Shown here: in pieces, positions 8,977-18,117 of the stretch
Position numbering within the stretch: position 1 is the first letter of the stretch
Layout: every line of letters begins with the position of its first letter
Origin: Gemmatimonadota bacterium
Lineage (GTDB): Bacteria > Latescibacterota > UBA2968 > UBA8231
NCBI GenBank assembly: GCA_038128265.1
Contig: JAYPJE010000014.1
Coordinates: 45,458 to 82,948 of the forward strand
DNA length: 37,491 nucleotides
Direction of reading: 5' to 3'
Notes under the pieces: generated by a model
Database searches by the model: none
The model's input: the letters and a program-made list of their open reading frames with translations, nothing else
Told to the model about the DNA's origin: nothing
Made by a program: the position numbers and the translations under genes

Positions 8977-11900
8977 ATGCATGCCCACCGCTACATACTT
9001 GCCCTTGCCGCGCTCTGCGTTTCCGGCGTCTCGGCGCACGCGGCGGACGTCTATATCAGCGAAATTCTCGCCGACCCACCCGCCGGCCCGTTGGGCGATG
9101 CCAACGGCGACGGTCAGCGCCATGCCTACGAGGACGAATTCATCGAACTGTCCAACGCCAGCGCCGACACCGTCGACCTGACTGGATGGCACCTGTCCGA
9201 TGACGACGTCGCGCCCGAAGCGCGCTTCGCCTTTCCCGAGGCGACCCTTCTACCCCCCGGAACCCAGCTGCTGCTCTTTGGCGGCGGCCAGCCCACCGGC
9301 CTAATCGCACCTGCCTTCGTAGACGATGGGCGCATCGGCAACGGGTTGAGCAACGGCGGCGACACCATACTTCTCATCGATGCCAACGGCGACACCGTAG
9401 ATCGCGTCGACGGCAACCATTGGCCCACTCAGCAATCTTCCGTCCGCGGGACCGACGGTATGTTCACCGCGCACCTTTCGCTCTTCCCACAGCCCTTTTC
9501 GCCAGGTGCACATGCAGGCGGTGGCAGGACAACCTCTTCACCACCCGCGCCACTCGACACAAATCCAATGGCAGCATCCATTGGACCCTTTATACGCCAG
9601 ATACTGGCCGATCCACCGGACGATGCCAACGGCGACGGCCAGCGCCATGCCTATGAGGATGAATTTATCGAGCTCTTCAACGCCGGCACCGATACCGTCG
9701 CCCTAGCCGGGTGGCAGCTATCCGACGACGACGTTGCCGCCGAGGCGCGCTTTTCCTTCCCGAGCACAGCCATCCTACCTCCCGGTGCTCGGCTGCTGCT
9801 CTTTGGCGGCGGGCGACCAACAGGCCTGAGAGTACCCGCCTTTGTGGACGATGGACGCATCGGCAATGGGCTGAGCAACGGCGGCGATACCATACTCCTC
9901 ATCAATGCCAGCGGCGACACCGTCGACCGCGTCAACGGCAGCCGTTGGCCCACTCAGCAATCTTCCATACGCCCGAAACGCGATGATGCGTTTACCGGTC
10001 ACGCGACCCTTTACGGCACGCCCTATGGCCTGCCGCGCGCTATCCCAACGCCCGATGAACAACGCGGCGTAGACAACCAGAGCACGCGGTCTACGCGCAC
10101 AGCGCACCCCGCTTCCGCCCATATCCGCATAAGCGAAGTCTTGGCCAGTCCCCTAGATGACGCCAACGGAGACGGCGTATTCGACGCGTATGCGGACGAG
10201 TTCATCGAGCTGTTTAACGCCGGACCGAGCCTCGACCTATCGGGTTGGCACCTGTCCGACGACGACGCCACAGCCGCGCGGCGCTTCACTTTCCCCAACG
10301 GTACCATCGCCGCGGCGGACAGCTATGTCGTCCTGTTCGGCGGCGGTTCGCCCAATCCGCAAAAGGGGTTTTTCACGGACGACGGGCGCATCGGCAACGG
10401 GCTGAGCAACGGCGGCGACACCATCCTGCTCATCGATGCCAACGGCGACACCGTGCACAGCTATGCCTTTCCCCCTAGCGCAGACGGCCAGTCGCTGCAC
10501 CTAAACGAGCAGCAGTCCATTCCACACGGACGGTTACCTGCGCGCGCACCCTACTCACCGGGCCGGGAACGCCCCCTCTACGAACGCTTTGATCTAGTCC
10601 TGCCTGCGCTGCGCCTAGAACAGCGCGCTCCCGCCTACTTACGCGGCATGTACCGCAGTGCAATAGACACCATCGCAGCCACTGCAGCATATTGGTTATC
10701 GCTCGACACCAACATCGCAGCCGTCGACCGGCACGGTATAGTGCACGCCCGTCGCATCGGCCATACCCGGGTCGAGGCTTGGTCGGATATGGGTTTCTTA
10801 GCGCAGGCCGCGCTGCAGACGCAGGCGCCGTTGCCGCCGCCCAACGAGCAGCCGCGCATCATCTCCACTCCGCCGACATCCGTCTACGCAAGCGGCCTCT
10901 ACGCCTACCAGGCGCAGGCCGTAGATCCCGAGGGCGCCACACTCGTCTTCTCTCTCGACCGAGCACCCGCCGGCTTCCGCCTTGACTATGCCAGCGGGCT
11001 GCTCCAAGGTCGCGCTCCCGATCAGCCCGGACGCCATTCCATCGCCTTTCAAGTAACCGATGGCCGCGGCGGCTTAGCGAGGCAGGCGTATGAGCTCCAC
11101 GTGCGGCCGCGCCCGCAGCTGCGCATCAGCGAAGTGCTAGCCGACCCGCCGCCCGGTCTGGCCGGCGATGCCAACGGCGACGGGCGGCGCCAACCCTATG
11201 CCGATGAGTTCGTAGAGATAGTAAACGTGGATTCCGCAGCAATCGACATGAGCGGTATGCTGCTAGGCGATGCATATAAAAGCAGTTTCACCTTCCCTGA
11301 AGGCACGCGCATTGCGCCGGGCCAGCGCATCGCCGTATTCGGCGCTCACGCCCCAAAAGGCGATGGTTTTTTCAGCGCCGATGGACGCATAGGAAATGGG
11401 CTAGACAATGTGCGCGATACCGTATTTCTGCTCAGCCCCGACGCAAACGATACGCTTGCCCTGTTCACGTACGACCTCCCATCGCCCCCGCGCCAATCGC
11501 TCGTATGGAGCGATAGCCGCATAGAGCAACACACCAGCCCCGGCGTCGCCCAGCGGTTCTCTCCGCGCGACGAGCGCCCGCTGCTGATCGGCCTCAGTAT
11601 AGCCGATGTATATCTGCACATGATTCAAGGTGATGCAGGCAGCCCCTCCCTCATCGCCCATTGGTCTACTGGACGCCGCGTGCGCATACGCCAAGAAGGA
11701 CGGTGGACATCGTCAGACAGCAGCGTTATACGCGTCGAAAACAACGGCACTGCTCTGCGCGCTCTAACGCCGGGACGCAGCAACCTAGTGGCGCATCTTG
11801 GCCAACACGCCACTTCGCTTCAGCCCGTGACCGTCTATCCGCCGCTGCGCACTCAACTGGTATTTACACCCGCAGATAGCACCGTATTTATGCGCCGCGG

Positions 11901-12378
11901 CCGCAACGCATTCTTTTCATTTCACACCCTAGACGATCGACCGCTCAGCTTCACATGGTATGCCAACGGACGGCGCATCCCCCTGCGCAAGGGGCAGATC
12001 TCCTATAACTGCTGTGCGCAGTCGGTCGATACGCTGTCCGTGTATATGCGCCGCGGCAGGGAGGTTTTCCAGCGGCGCTGGCACATCGCCGAACAAGGCG
12101 CATCCAAACCCGCAGTGCCGCCATGGGCGGTTTCAGCCTATCCCAACCCCTTTAGCGACATCGCATACTTCGACGTATCGACCCCACTCGCAATGCCCGC
12201 ACAGCTGGACATTTTTGACGTGCGCGGACGGCGGGTGCGCACTCTTTCCTCACCGGCCGAAGCGATGCGGTGGGATGGCCGCGACCAGCGCGGCATACCC
12301 GCCGCTTCGGGCGTCTACTTCTATCGCGTGCAGCAGGGCGCACAAAGCGCCGTTGGCAAGCTCGTCCTGCTCCAATAA
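8977..12378 (+). CDS. Secreted protein with four lamin-tail domains, Ig-like (Big_2/He_PIG-like) domains and a C-terminal T9SS-type/FlgD-Ig domain
   Basis: Signal peptide MHAHRYILALAALCVSGVSAHA (alternative ATG 8953); four I[SR][EQ][IV]LA.P...DANGDG...DEF[IV]E[LI].N repeats; NEQPRIISTP...AVDPEG...VTDGRGG; WTSSDSSV; AYPNPF...WDGRD...SGVYFYR. Confidence 0.87.
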   Translation: MHAHRYILALAALCVSGVSAHAADVYISEILADPPAGPLGDANGDGQRHAYEDEFIELSNASADTVDLTGWHLSDDDVAPEARFAFPEATLLPPGTQLLLFGGGQPTGLIAPAFVDDGRIGNGLSNGGDTILLIDANGDTVDRVDGNHWPTQQSSVRGTDGMFTAHLSLFPQPFSPGAHAGGGRTTSSPPAPLDTNPMAASIGPFIRQILADPPDDANGDGQRHAYEDEFIELFNAGTDTVALAGWQLSDDDVAAEARFSFPSTAILPPGARLLLFGGGRPTGLRVPAFVDDGRIGNGLSNGGDTILLINASGDTVDRVNGSRWPTQQSSIRPKRDDAFTGHATLYGTPYGLPRAIPTPDEQRGVDNQSTRSTRTAHPASAHIRISEVLASPLDDANGDGVFDAYADEFIELFNAGPSLDLSGWHLSDDDATAARRFTFPNGTIAAADSYVVLFGGGSPNPQKGFFTDDGRIGNGLSNGGDTILLIDANGDTVHSYAFPPSADGQSLHLNEQQSIPHGRLPARAPYSPGRERPLYERFDLVLPALRLEQRAPAYLRGMYRSAIDTIAATAAYWLSLDTNIAAVDRHGIVHARRIGHTRVEAWSDMGFLAQAALQTQAPLPPPNEQPRIISTPPTSVYASGLYAYQAQAVDPEGATLVFSLDRAPAGFRLDYASGLLQGRAPDQPGRHSIAFQVTDGRGGLARQAYELHVRPRPQLRISEVLADPPPGLAGDANGDGRRQPYADEFVEIVNVDSAAIDMSGMLLGDAYKSSFTFPEGTRIAPGQRIAVFGAHAPKGDGFFSADGRIGNGLDNVRDTVFLLSPDANDTLALFTYDLPSPPRQSLVWSDSRIEQHTSPGVAQRFSPRDERPLLIGLSIADVYLHMIQGDAGSPSLIAHWSTGRRVRIRQEGRWTSSDSSVIRVENNGTALRALTPGRSNLVAHLGQHATSLQPVTVYPPLRTQLVFTPADSTVFMRRGRNAFFSFHTLDDRPLSFTWYANGRRIPLRKGQISYNCCAQSVDTLSVYMRRGREVFQRRWHIAEQGASKPAVPPWAVSAYPNPFSDIAYFDVSTPLAMPAQLDIFDVRGRRVRTLSSPAEAMRWDGRDQRGIPAASGVYFYRVQQGAQSAVGKLVLLQ
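9049..11566 (+). repeat. Four intragenic lamin-tail domain repeats (about 9049-9508, 9589-10030, 10123-10563, 11119-11566)
   Basis: DDGRIGNGLSNGGDTILLI is identical in copies 1-3; copies 1 and 2 are highly similar at the DNA level. Confidence 0.85.
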
Positions 12379-12382
12379 AAAA

Positions 12383-12408
12383 TCCCGCCCCGCGCATGCG
12401 GGACGGGA
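12383..12408 (-). terminator. Intrinsic terminator for sodN; hairpin lies between convergent genes
   Basis: TCCCGCCCCGC-GCAT-GCGGGACGGGA; the adjacent A-run on the left reads as a U-tract on the minus strand. Confidence 0.7.
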
Positions 12409-12440
12409 AAAAGAGTTCGGCGTATAGCCGTGCCGCTGTG

Positions 12441-12902
12441 CTACTTTGCGTACGCCTCCTTAAATGCGTGCAGCAAATCGTGCAATGCCTGCGGGTGCGC
12501 CGCGTCGGTCGACTGCTTGCAGAGCATAGCCGTGCGCAGCATTTTGTGCAGCAGCACGAGCTTTTCCACGTAGACCGCGAACGCATCTGTATCTTCTTCG
12601 GAGGGCGCTTTGAGCCGCTGCGTCATAAAGTACTGGGTTACCGACTCCTGAATTCTATTGGCGTGTTCTTCCTTTGTCACCACCCATCGCGCCAGCTGAT
12701 TCGCGCTCTGGGCGTCGGTCTTGCCCGCCAAATCGCCAATCATCCCCATGGCCTTTTCTATCGTCTGCACGTCTTCGGCAATAGCGGCAAAGCGCGCATC
12801 GTCTCCGTATATGCCACAGGGCACTTCGCAATGGGCCAACAGCGGTGACGTGGCCAGGCACGTGCCGGCCAAAGCGATGGCAATACTGTATCGCAATAAC
12901 AT
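12441..12902 (-). CDS. sodN: Nickel-dependent superoxide dismutase precursor
   Basis: Ni-hook HCEVPCGIY directly after a hydrophobic leader; NQLARWVVTKEEHA and YFMTQR helices; GGAGAG RBS. Confidence 0.93.
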   Translation of the reverse strand: MLLRYSIAIALAGTCLATSPLLAHCEVPCGIYGDDARFAAIAEDVQTIEKAMGMIGDLAGKTDAQSANQLARWVVTKEEHANRIQESVTQYFMTQRLKAPSEEDTDAFAVYVEKLVLLHKMLRTAMLCKQSTDAAHPQALHDLLHAFKEAYAK

Positions 12903-13003
12903 AGAATCTCTCCATTGAATGGGTGCGCACTGTCGGGATGGATTATATTACCAACGGCAGCACTGGTCAACGCACAAACGGCGCCGAGCGCATGGAGAAC
13001 GGC

Positions 13004-13843
13004 ATGTCCAACCTATACGAGAGCAGCCAATTAACCGACCCAGGAGGTTTTACTTCGGGTATAGAAGGGCCCGCCTGCGACGCCGATGGCACCCTATACG
13101 CCGTCAACTTCCATCACCAGGGAACCATTGGCAAAGTGACGCCCGATGGGACCTGCAGCGTCTTTGTCGAATTGCCCGAGGGCAGCACGGGCAATGGAAT
13201 ACGCTTTCACAGCTCGGGTGATATGCTGGTTGCGGACTACACCGGTCACAACGTGCTGCGCATCGATATGCAAACGCGGGACGTCTCCGTCTATGCGCAC
13301 GAACCAACGATGAACCAGCCCAACGACATCGCCATTGCCGCCGACGATACCGTCTACGCCTCCGACCCCAATTGGGCGGAGAGCACAGGGCAGATATGGC
13401 GGATCGACGGCGACGGCACGGCCCATACCATCGACCCCGATATGGGCACGACCAACGGCATTGAAGTGAGCCCAGACGAGAGGACGCTCTACGTAAACGA
13501 GAGCGTTCAGCGCAACGTCTGGGCCTATGACATACAAACCGATGGGGCCGTTACCAACAAGCGCCTGCTGATCCAATTTCCCGATTTCAATATGGACGGC
13601 ATGCGCTGTGATATCGACGGCAACCTCTACATAACGCGCCACGGCAAGGGCACAATCGCCAAGCTATCACCAGCTGGCGACGTGCTGTTGGAAATCGCAC
13701 TGCACGGGCAGAATCCGAGCAACATTGCCTTTGGCGGCCCCGACGGATGCACCTGCTACGTTATGTCACAGGATCGCGGCAACGTGGAAACCTTTCGCGT
13801 CGAGCGGCCGGGGCGCAGCTGGCAGCTCTTTGGTCGAACCTGA
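13004..13843 (+). CDS. SMP-30/gluconolactonase/LRE family beta-propeller hydrolase
   Basis: ATG 13004 with GGAG RBS; IEGP, GNG, PNDI, TNGIEVSPDERTLYV, MDGMRCDIDGNLY, PSNIAFGG. Confidence 0.9.
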   Translation: MSNLYESSQLTDPGGFTSGIEGPACDADGTLYAVNFHHQGTIGKVTPDGTCSVFVELPEGSTGNGIRFHSSGDMLVADYTGHNVLRIDMQTRDVSVYAHEPTMNQPNDIAIAADDTVYASDPNWAESTGQIWRIDGDGTAHTIDPDMGTTNGIEVSPDERTLYVNESVQRNVWAYDIQTDGAVTNKRLLIQFPDFNMDGMRCDIDGNLYITRHGKGTIAKLSPAGDVLLEIALHGQNPSNIAFGGPDGCTCYVMSQDRGNVETFRVERPGRSWQLFGRT

Positions 13844-13864
13844 GCACAACCACCTAACCGCACG

Positions 13865-13907
13865 AGAAAAGCCCCCAGCCGCATTGAGCGGTCCGGGGGC
13901 TTTTTCT
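13865..13907. terminator. Bidirectional intrinsic terminator
   Basis: AGAAAAGCCCCC...GGGGGCTTTTTCT between convergent genes. Confidence 0.85.
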
Positions 13908-13927
13908 AACTGTACGCAGCGGACGGG

Positions 13928-14587
13928 TTAGTCGCTCTGCCCTTCCATCTTGCTTATCTGGTCCCTTACCTCCGCCGCCTCTTCATACGCTTCCTGTGCA
14001 ATAAGCCAGTCGAGATGGGCCTTGAGCCTGTCCACTTCACTCAGCTCTTCGGGACAGACTTCGTCCTCGGCCTCCGCGCAATCTTCTACAGTATCCACTA
14101 CGTCGTCATCGTCGCACTCGGGGTGCCCTACGCCCGCACTCTCGGCAATCTCAATGATGCGACCGGCTTTTTCGAGCACCTGCACGCTAATAAAGAGCGG
14201 AATGGCAAGCTGGGTGGCGATAATCATTCCATCGCTGGGCCTGCAGTCGAGCGGCAGCGCGTCGCCGGGCGCGTCAATGTGCAAACAGGCGTGAAACACA
14301 TCGTCATCCAGCGTGTGAATAACCAGCCGATCGGCGCGAGCGCCCATATGCTGCAAAACATTGCGCAGCAGATCGTGCGGCAGCGGCCGCGGCATAGAGA
14401 CTTTGCGCATGGCCATGGCTAACGCCTGACCTTCGAAATGACCAATTGTGATCGGAACGACGCGCTCGTCGGCTTCACCTTTGAGCAACACGAGAAAATT
14501 TTGCGGAGACCCGATCCCCTGCTGTGCATCGGGGTAGGGGTATATATCGAAGATAGATACGGGAATGATGTCGTCGTCGTTTTTCAT
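13928..14587 (-). CDS. Bifunctional nuclease (DUF151/DNase-RNase) family protein with C-terminal UVR domain
   Basis: VPITIGHFEGQALA, PRPLPHDLL, DCRPSDG; C-terminal IAQEAYEEAAEVRDQI; likely ATG 14587. Confidence 0.88.
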   Translation of the reverse strand: MKNDDDIIPVSIFDIYPYPDAQQGIGSPQNFLVLLKGEADERVVPITIGHFEGQALAMAMRKVSMPRPLPHDLLRNVLQHMGARADRLVIHTLDDDVFHACLHIDAPGDALPLDCRPSDGMIIATQLAIPLFISVQVLEKAGRIIEIAESAGVGHPECDDDDVVDTVEDCAEAEDEVCPEELSEVDRLKAHLDWLIAQEAYEEAAEVRDQISKMEGQSD

Positions 14588-14627
14588 ATCGCACGCGCGT
14601 GGGCTATTACATCGCGCTGTATTTTGT

Positions 14628-14655
14628 AATATACCCCTTCGTCTGCGAACAGCAA
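14628..14655 (-). promoter_or_regulatory. Putative promoter of the DUF151 gene
   Basis: Minus strand TTGCTG-N16-TATATT about 40 nt upstream of ATG 14587. Confidence 0.5.
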
Positions 14656-14660
14656 GCACC

Positions 14661-15356
14661 TCATAACAAACCGTGCTCTTTCATACTCAAAACATCGTCT
14701 GCAGCTATGATTATGTGGTCGAGTATATCTATGCCCATGATTTGGCCGGCACGCACGAGACGCTGCGTGAGCTCAATGTCCTCGCGGCTGGGCGAGACAT
14801 CACCCGACGGATGGTTGTGCGACAGCACGATACTGGCCGCCGAATGGCCGATGGCAACCTGAAACACCTCGCGCGGATGAACGATTGAAGAGGACAAGCT
14901 GCCGATTGAAATAATCTCTCGGTGAATCATCTGGTTGCGCGCATTGAGGTAGAGACAGAGAAAGTGCTCGCGCCGCTGTTCGCGAATATCCTGCAGATGG
15001 GGCAGTGCATCGGCAGGGCGCACAATACTGGGCCGCAGGCCCAAGCCCTTACCCAAGCCGCGACGGGCCAGTTCAAAGGTCGCTACCATCTGCGCCGCCG
15101 TTGCCAATCCGACCCCCTTCAGACGACGCCACCCTGCAACATCGAGTGCAACCAACTCCTCCGTGCTAACCTGTTTTAACACGTCATCTGCCACTTCCAA
15201 CACGTGACGCCCCCGGTACCCAGTTCCCAGGGAAACGGCTAATAGTTCGCCGTCGCGCAGCGATTCCACTCCGCAGTGCAACAGGCGCTCGCGCGGCAGC
15301 TGTGCGCGTCTCCGATCGATCGACGCACCTGTTATCGCACCGACTTCACTCCCCAT
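14661..15356 (-). CDS. radC: RadC (UPF0758) JAB-domain protein
   Basis: PRERLL...ELLA..LGTG N-domain; HhH-like KGVGLA; JAB motif HPREVF...HNHPSG...PSREDIELT...LDHIII; ATG 15356 after GAGAGG. Confidence 0.92.
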   Translation of the reverse strand: MGSEVGAITGASIDRRRAQLPRERLLHCGVESLRDGELLAVSLGTGYRGRHVLEVADDVLKQVSTEELVALDVAGWRRLKGVGLATAAQMVATFELARRGLGKGLGLRPSIVRPADALPHLQDIREQRREHFLCLYLNARNQMIHREIISIGSLSSSIVHPREVFQVAIGHSAASIVLSHNHPSGDVSPSREDIELTQRLVRAGQIMGIDILDHIIIAADDVLSMKEHGLL

Positions 15357-15512
15357 TTTGACCGCCTCTCTCCGCATATTTTCCATGCGCACATTGCCAT
15401 CAGCTGGCGCATTTTCGTGCACTGGGCGACCCACTTCTGTGAACTGCCCGCTACGGTTGCGCGGACGCACGTATCCGCACTCGTGCTACACAGCACATAC
15501 TGTGCCACGTTC

Positions 15513-15541
15513 TTGCCAGCTAAGGCGAGCCGCTCTATATT
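15513..15541 (+). promoter_or_regulatory. Putative promoter of lnt-tatC
   Basis: TTGCCA-N17-TATATT about 60 nt upstream of the lnt start. Confidence 0.6.
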
Positions 15542-15602
15542 TTGCACCCACGCCCATCCACCTCGTCTCTACATCATCTGAAACGTATCTGCGATAAACT
15601 CC

Positions 15603-17138
15603 GTGCGGCCGGCTACACCTTTGTTCCTCTCCACGCTCAGCGGCGTTCTGCTAGCCCTTTCCTTTCCCGGTCCGCCGATCGCCGCGCTGAACTTGCTCTA
15701 CCAGCCGCTCTGGGGTCATGTAGCGCTCATACCCCTATTTTTAGCCCTCTTTCAAGCGACGCCGCGCCGGGCTTTTTACAGCGGCTGGACGGCCGGTTTT
15801 GCCTTTAATTTGCTCTGCCTGTACTGGGTCGCCTACACGCAGGGAGGAGGACCGGCCGTAGTCGGCGGCGCTCTGCTCCTAGCCGTATACCTGGGTCTCT
15901 TTGTTGCCCTGTGGGCACTGGCCTGCAGATATATGATCACGCGCTGGGGATCCTGGGCGTGGCTAGCGGCCCCCGCGCTGTGGACCGCGCAGGAATACGT
16001 CTTGTCTATGGGCGAATTGGGCTTCCCCTGGCTCCTGCTCGGGCATGCCCAGGCCGGTCAGACGCACTTCGTGCAGTTCGCCTCACTAACCGGCGTGTAC
16101 GGCGTTTCGTTCTGGGTTGTGCTGACCAATGTGCTCATCCTCCTGTGCATCGAACAGCGGCAAAGAACTCGGCGCGCGCTGGCTGGCGCATTGGCCGCCG
16201 CGTTTTTGCTACCCTGGGCACACGCTCGCAGCGCGCTAGCCGATGTGGGGGAAGCGTCTCAGCTGCGCGTGGCGCTCATCCAACCCAATTTGAGCATGGA
16301 AGAAAAGTGGTACAGCGGTGGACTCCAACGCAGCATAGAGCGACTGACCAACCTATCGCGGCAAACAGCTGACCGACAGCCGGACCTCATCGTCTGGCCC
16401 GAGACGGCCCTGCCCTGCTACCTGGCTCTGACCGCGGACTGCGAACGGCAAGTGCGGCAATTCGTCAACGAAATGGACACCCCGCTGCTAACCGGCGCAT
16501 CCCACTACGATATGGAGCGCCAACAGCCCTATAACGCCGCGTTCTTTGTCCGCCCCGACCAACGCGATATGCCCTCCTACGCCAAAATGCACCTCGTGCC
16601 CTTCGGCGAGCGCACGCCCTACCGCGATAGCATGCCCTTTCTGCAGTCTATCGACTGGACCCAGCTGACGGGCGATCTCGGACCCGCCGAATTTGCCCCG
16701 GGGCGTCAGCGCACTATTTTCTCGCATGAGCGCGCGCGCTTCGCCGTGCTTATCTGCTTTGAGTCGGTCTTTCCCGACCTAGTACGCCGCCACGTAACGG
16801 CTGGGGCACAGGTGCTCATCAACATCACCAATGACTCCTGGTTTGGGCGCAGCGCCGGTCCCTATCAGCACGCGCTCCTCAACGCTATGCGGGCGATAGA
16901 AAACCGCGTTGCCATTGCCCGCTGTGCCACCAGCGGACAGTCGCTTTTTATCGACCGCTTCGGACGTCGCTACCAAACCAGTGAACTCTTTACCGAGGCC
17001 GCTCTCGTAGGCGATATACCCATCGCCGAGAGCGGCTCCTTTTACAGTCGCCACGGCGACCTCTTTGCGCAGGCCTGCCTCCTATGTGGTCTGCTGGGCA
17101 TTGCCGCAACGCGCCGGAGAAACGCTACGCATCTATGA
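15603..17138 (+). CDS. lnt: Apolipoprotein N-acyltransferase
   Basis: Multi-TM N-terminus, GFPWLLLG, nitrilase triad VWPETA / YAKMHLVPFGE / LICFES, plus TNDSWFG and RAIEN. Confidence 0.95.
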   Translation: MRPATPLFLSTLSGVLLALSFPGPPIAALNLLYQPLWGHVALIPLFLALFQATPRRAFYSGWTAGFAFNLLCLYWVAYTQGGGPAVVGGALLLAVYLGLFVALWALACRYMITRWGSWAWLAAPALWTAQEYVLSMGELGFPWLLLGHAQAGQTHFVQFASLTGVYGVSFWVVLTNVLILLCIEQRQRTRRALAGALAAAFLLPWAHARSALADVGEASQLRVALIQPNLSMEEKWYSGGLQRSIERLTNLSRQTADRQPDLIVWPETALPCYLALTADCERQVRQFVNEMDTPLLTGASHYDMERQQPYNAAFFVRPDQRDMPSYAKMHLVPFGERTPYRDSMPFLQSIDWTQLTGDLGPAEFAPGRQRTIFSHERARFAVLICFESVFPDLVRRHVTAGAQVLINITNDSWFGRSAGPYQHALLNAMRAIENRVAIARCATSGQSLFIDRFGRRYQTSELFTEAALVGDIPIAESGSFYSRHGDLFAQACLLCGLLGIAATRRRNATHL

Positions 17139-18049
17139 CCGACGAGAGTAGGCACCCCGTGCCCGCTGGCAAGAGCGAACTATCGGAACAGCCCTCCCCT
17201 GCGGGTGATATGGCTTTTCTCGACCACTTAGAAGAGCTGCGCTGGCGCATACTGCGCTCACTGGCCGCAATTCTCGTGGGAGCGATCGCGTGCTTTGCCT
17301 TCTCCGATACGGTGATGGGGCTGCTCACCCGGCCCTATGAAGAAGCCGTGCTCAGCCTAGAAAATCAGCGCTCACCGGGCGTTGTCGCCGCCATGCAAAC
17401 CCTGATCGATCGCTGGCTCGACCGAGAACCGGCCCCTGAGGACCAAGTCGCTGACGTAGCGGAAATACCGCCCGCCCGGCGCCTGCAGGCTCTGCGACCG
17501 ATGACGTACTTTTTCATCAGCCTACAGGTGGCTTTTATGGGTGGATTTGTCCTTTCCCTACCCTACGTCTTCCTGCAGTTCTGGCAATTTGTCGCCCCCG
17601 GACTGCTGCACTCCGAGCGGCGCTTGGCCATTCCCATTATATCGCTGAGCGTGCTGTGCTTTGCCATCGGTGCACTTATTGCCTACGAGCTCGTGCTCCC
17701 CATGGGCCTGCGCTTTTTTCTCGCACTCGAACCTCCGGACATGACGTCGCAATGGGCTGCCGACGAGTATATAGGCTTTGTACTGCGCCTCATACTCGGC
17801 TTCGGCATCGTCTTTGAAATGCCCGTCATCGCCCTTTTTCTCGCCAAAGTAGGCGTTTTGACGGCCGATACCATGCGCCGCATACGCCGCTATGCCATTA
17901 TCGTCATATTCGTCATCGCGGCCATTATCACGCCGCCCGATCCCGTCTCCCAACTCATGATGGCCCTGCCCCTCCTCCTGCTCTACGAACTCAGCATTTG
18001 GATCTGTAAAGTGGCAGGGCGAAAAAAGCCTAAAGACGCAGCTCCCTAA
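17135..18049 (+). CDS. tatC: Twin-arginine translocase subunit TatC
   Basis: MAFLDHLEELRWR, QFWQFVAPGLLHSER, FGIVFEMP, AAIITPPDPVSQ...LYE; ATGA overlap with the lnt stop. Confidence 0.95.
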   Translation: MTDESRHPVPAGKSELSEQPSPAGDMAFLDHLEELRWRILRSLAAILVGAIACFAFSDTVMGLLTRPYEEAVLSLENQRSPGVVAAMQTLIDRWLDREPAPEDQVADVAEIPPARRLQALRPMTYFFISLQVAFMGGFVLSLPYVFLQFWQFVAPGLLHSERRLAIPIISLSVLCFAIGALIAYELVLPMGLRFFLALEPPDMTSQWAADEYIGFVLRLILGFGIVFEMPVIALFLAKVGVLTADTMRRIRRYAIIVIFVIAAIITPPDPVSQLMMALPLLLLYELSIWICKVAGRKKPKDAAP

Positions 18050-18059
18050 GCGCGAGAAC

Positions 18060-18099
18060 GCAAAGCGGGGACGCCTCTCCTGAGACGCCCCCGCTTTGC
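18060..18099. terminator. Hairpin between convergent genes (likely terminator)
   Basis: GCAAAGCGGGG...CCCCGCTTTGC 11-bp stem with additional internal pairing. Confidence 0.7.
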
Positions 18100-18117
18100 T
18101 TAGCCTGCTATTCCCTG

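Noticed and set aside
9049..11566. Repeated DNA resembling an array or CRISPR
   Set aside because: Repeats are in-frame protein domain duplications with synonymous divergence, not repeat-spacer units; no cas genes.
14661..15356. radC as a marker of a mobile element
   Set aside because: Full-length chromosomal type with N-terminal domain; no integrase, transposase, att repeats or compositional shift nearby.
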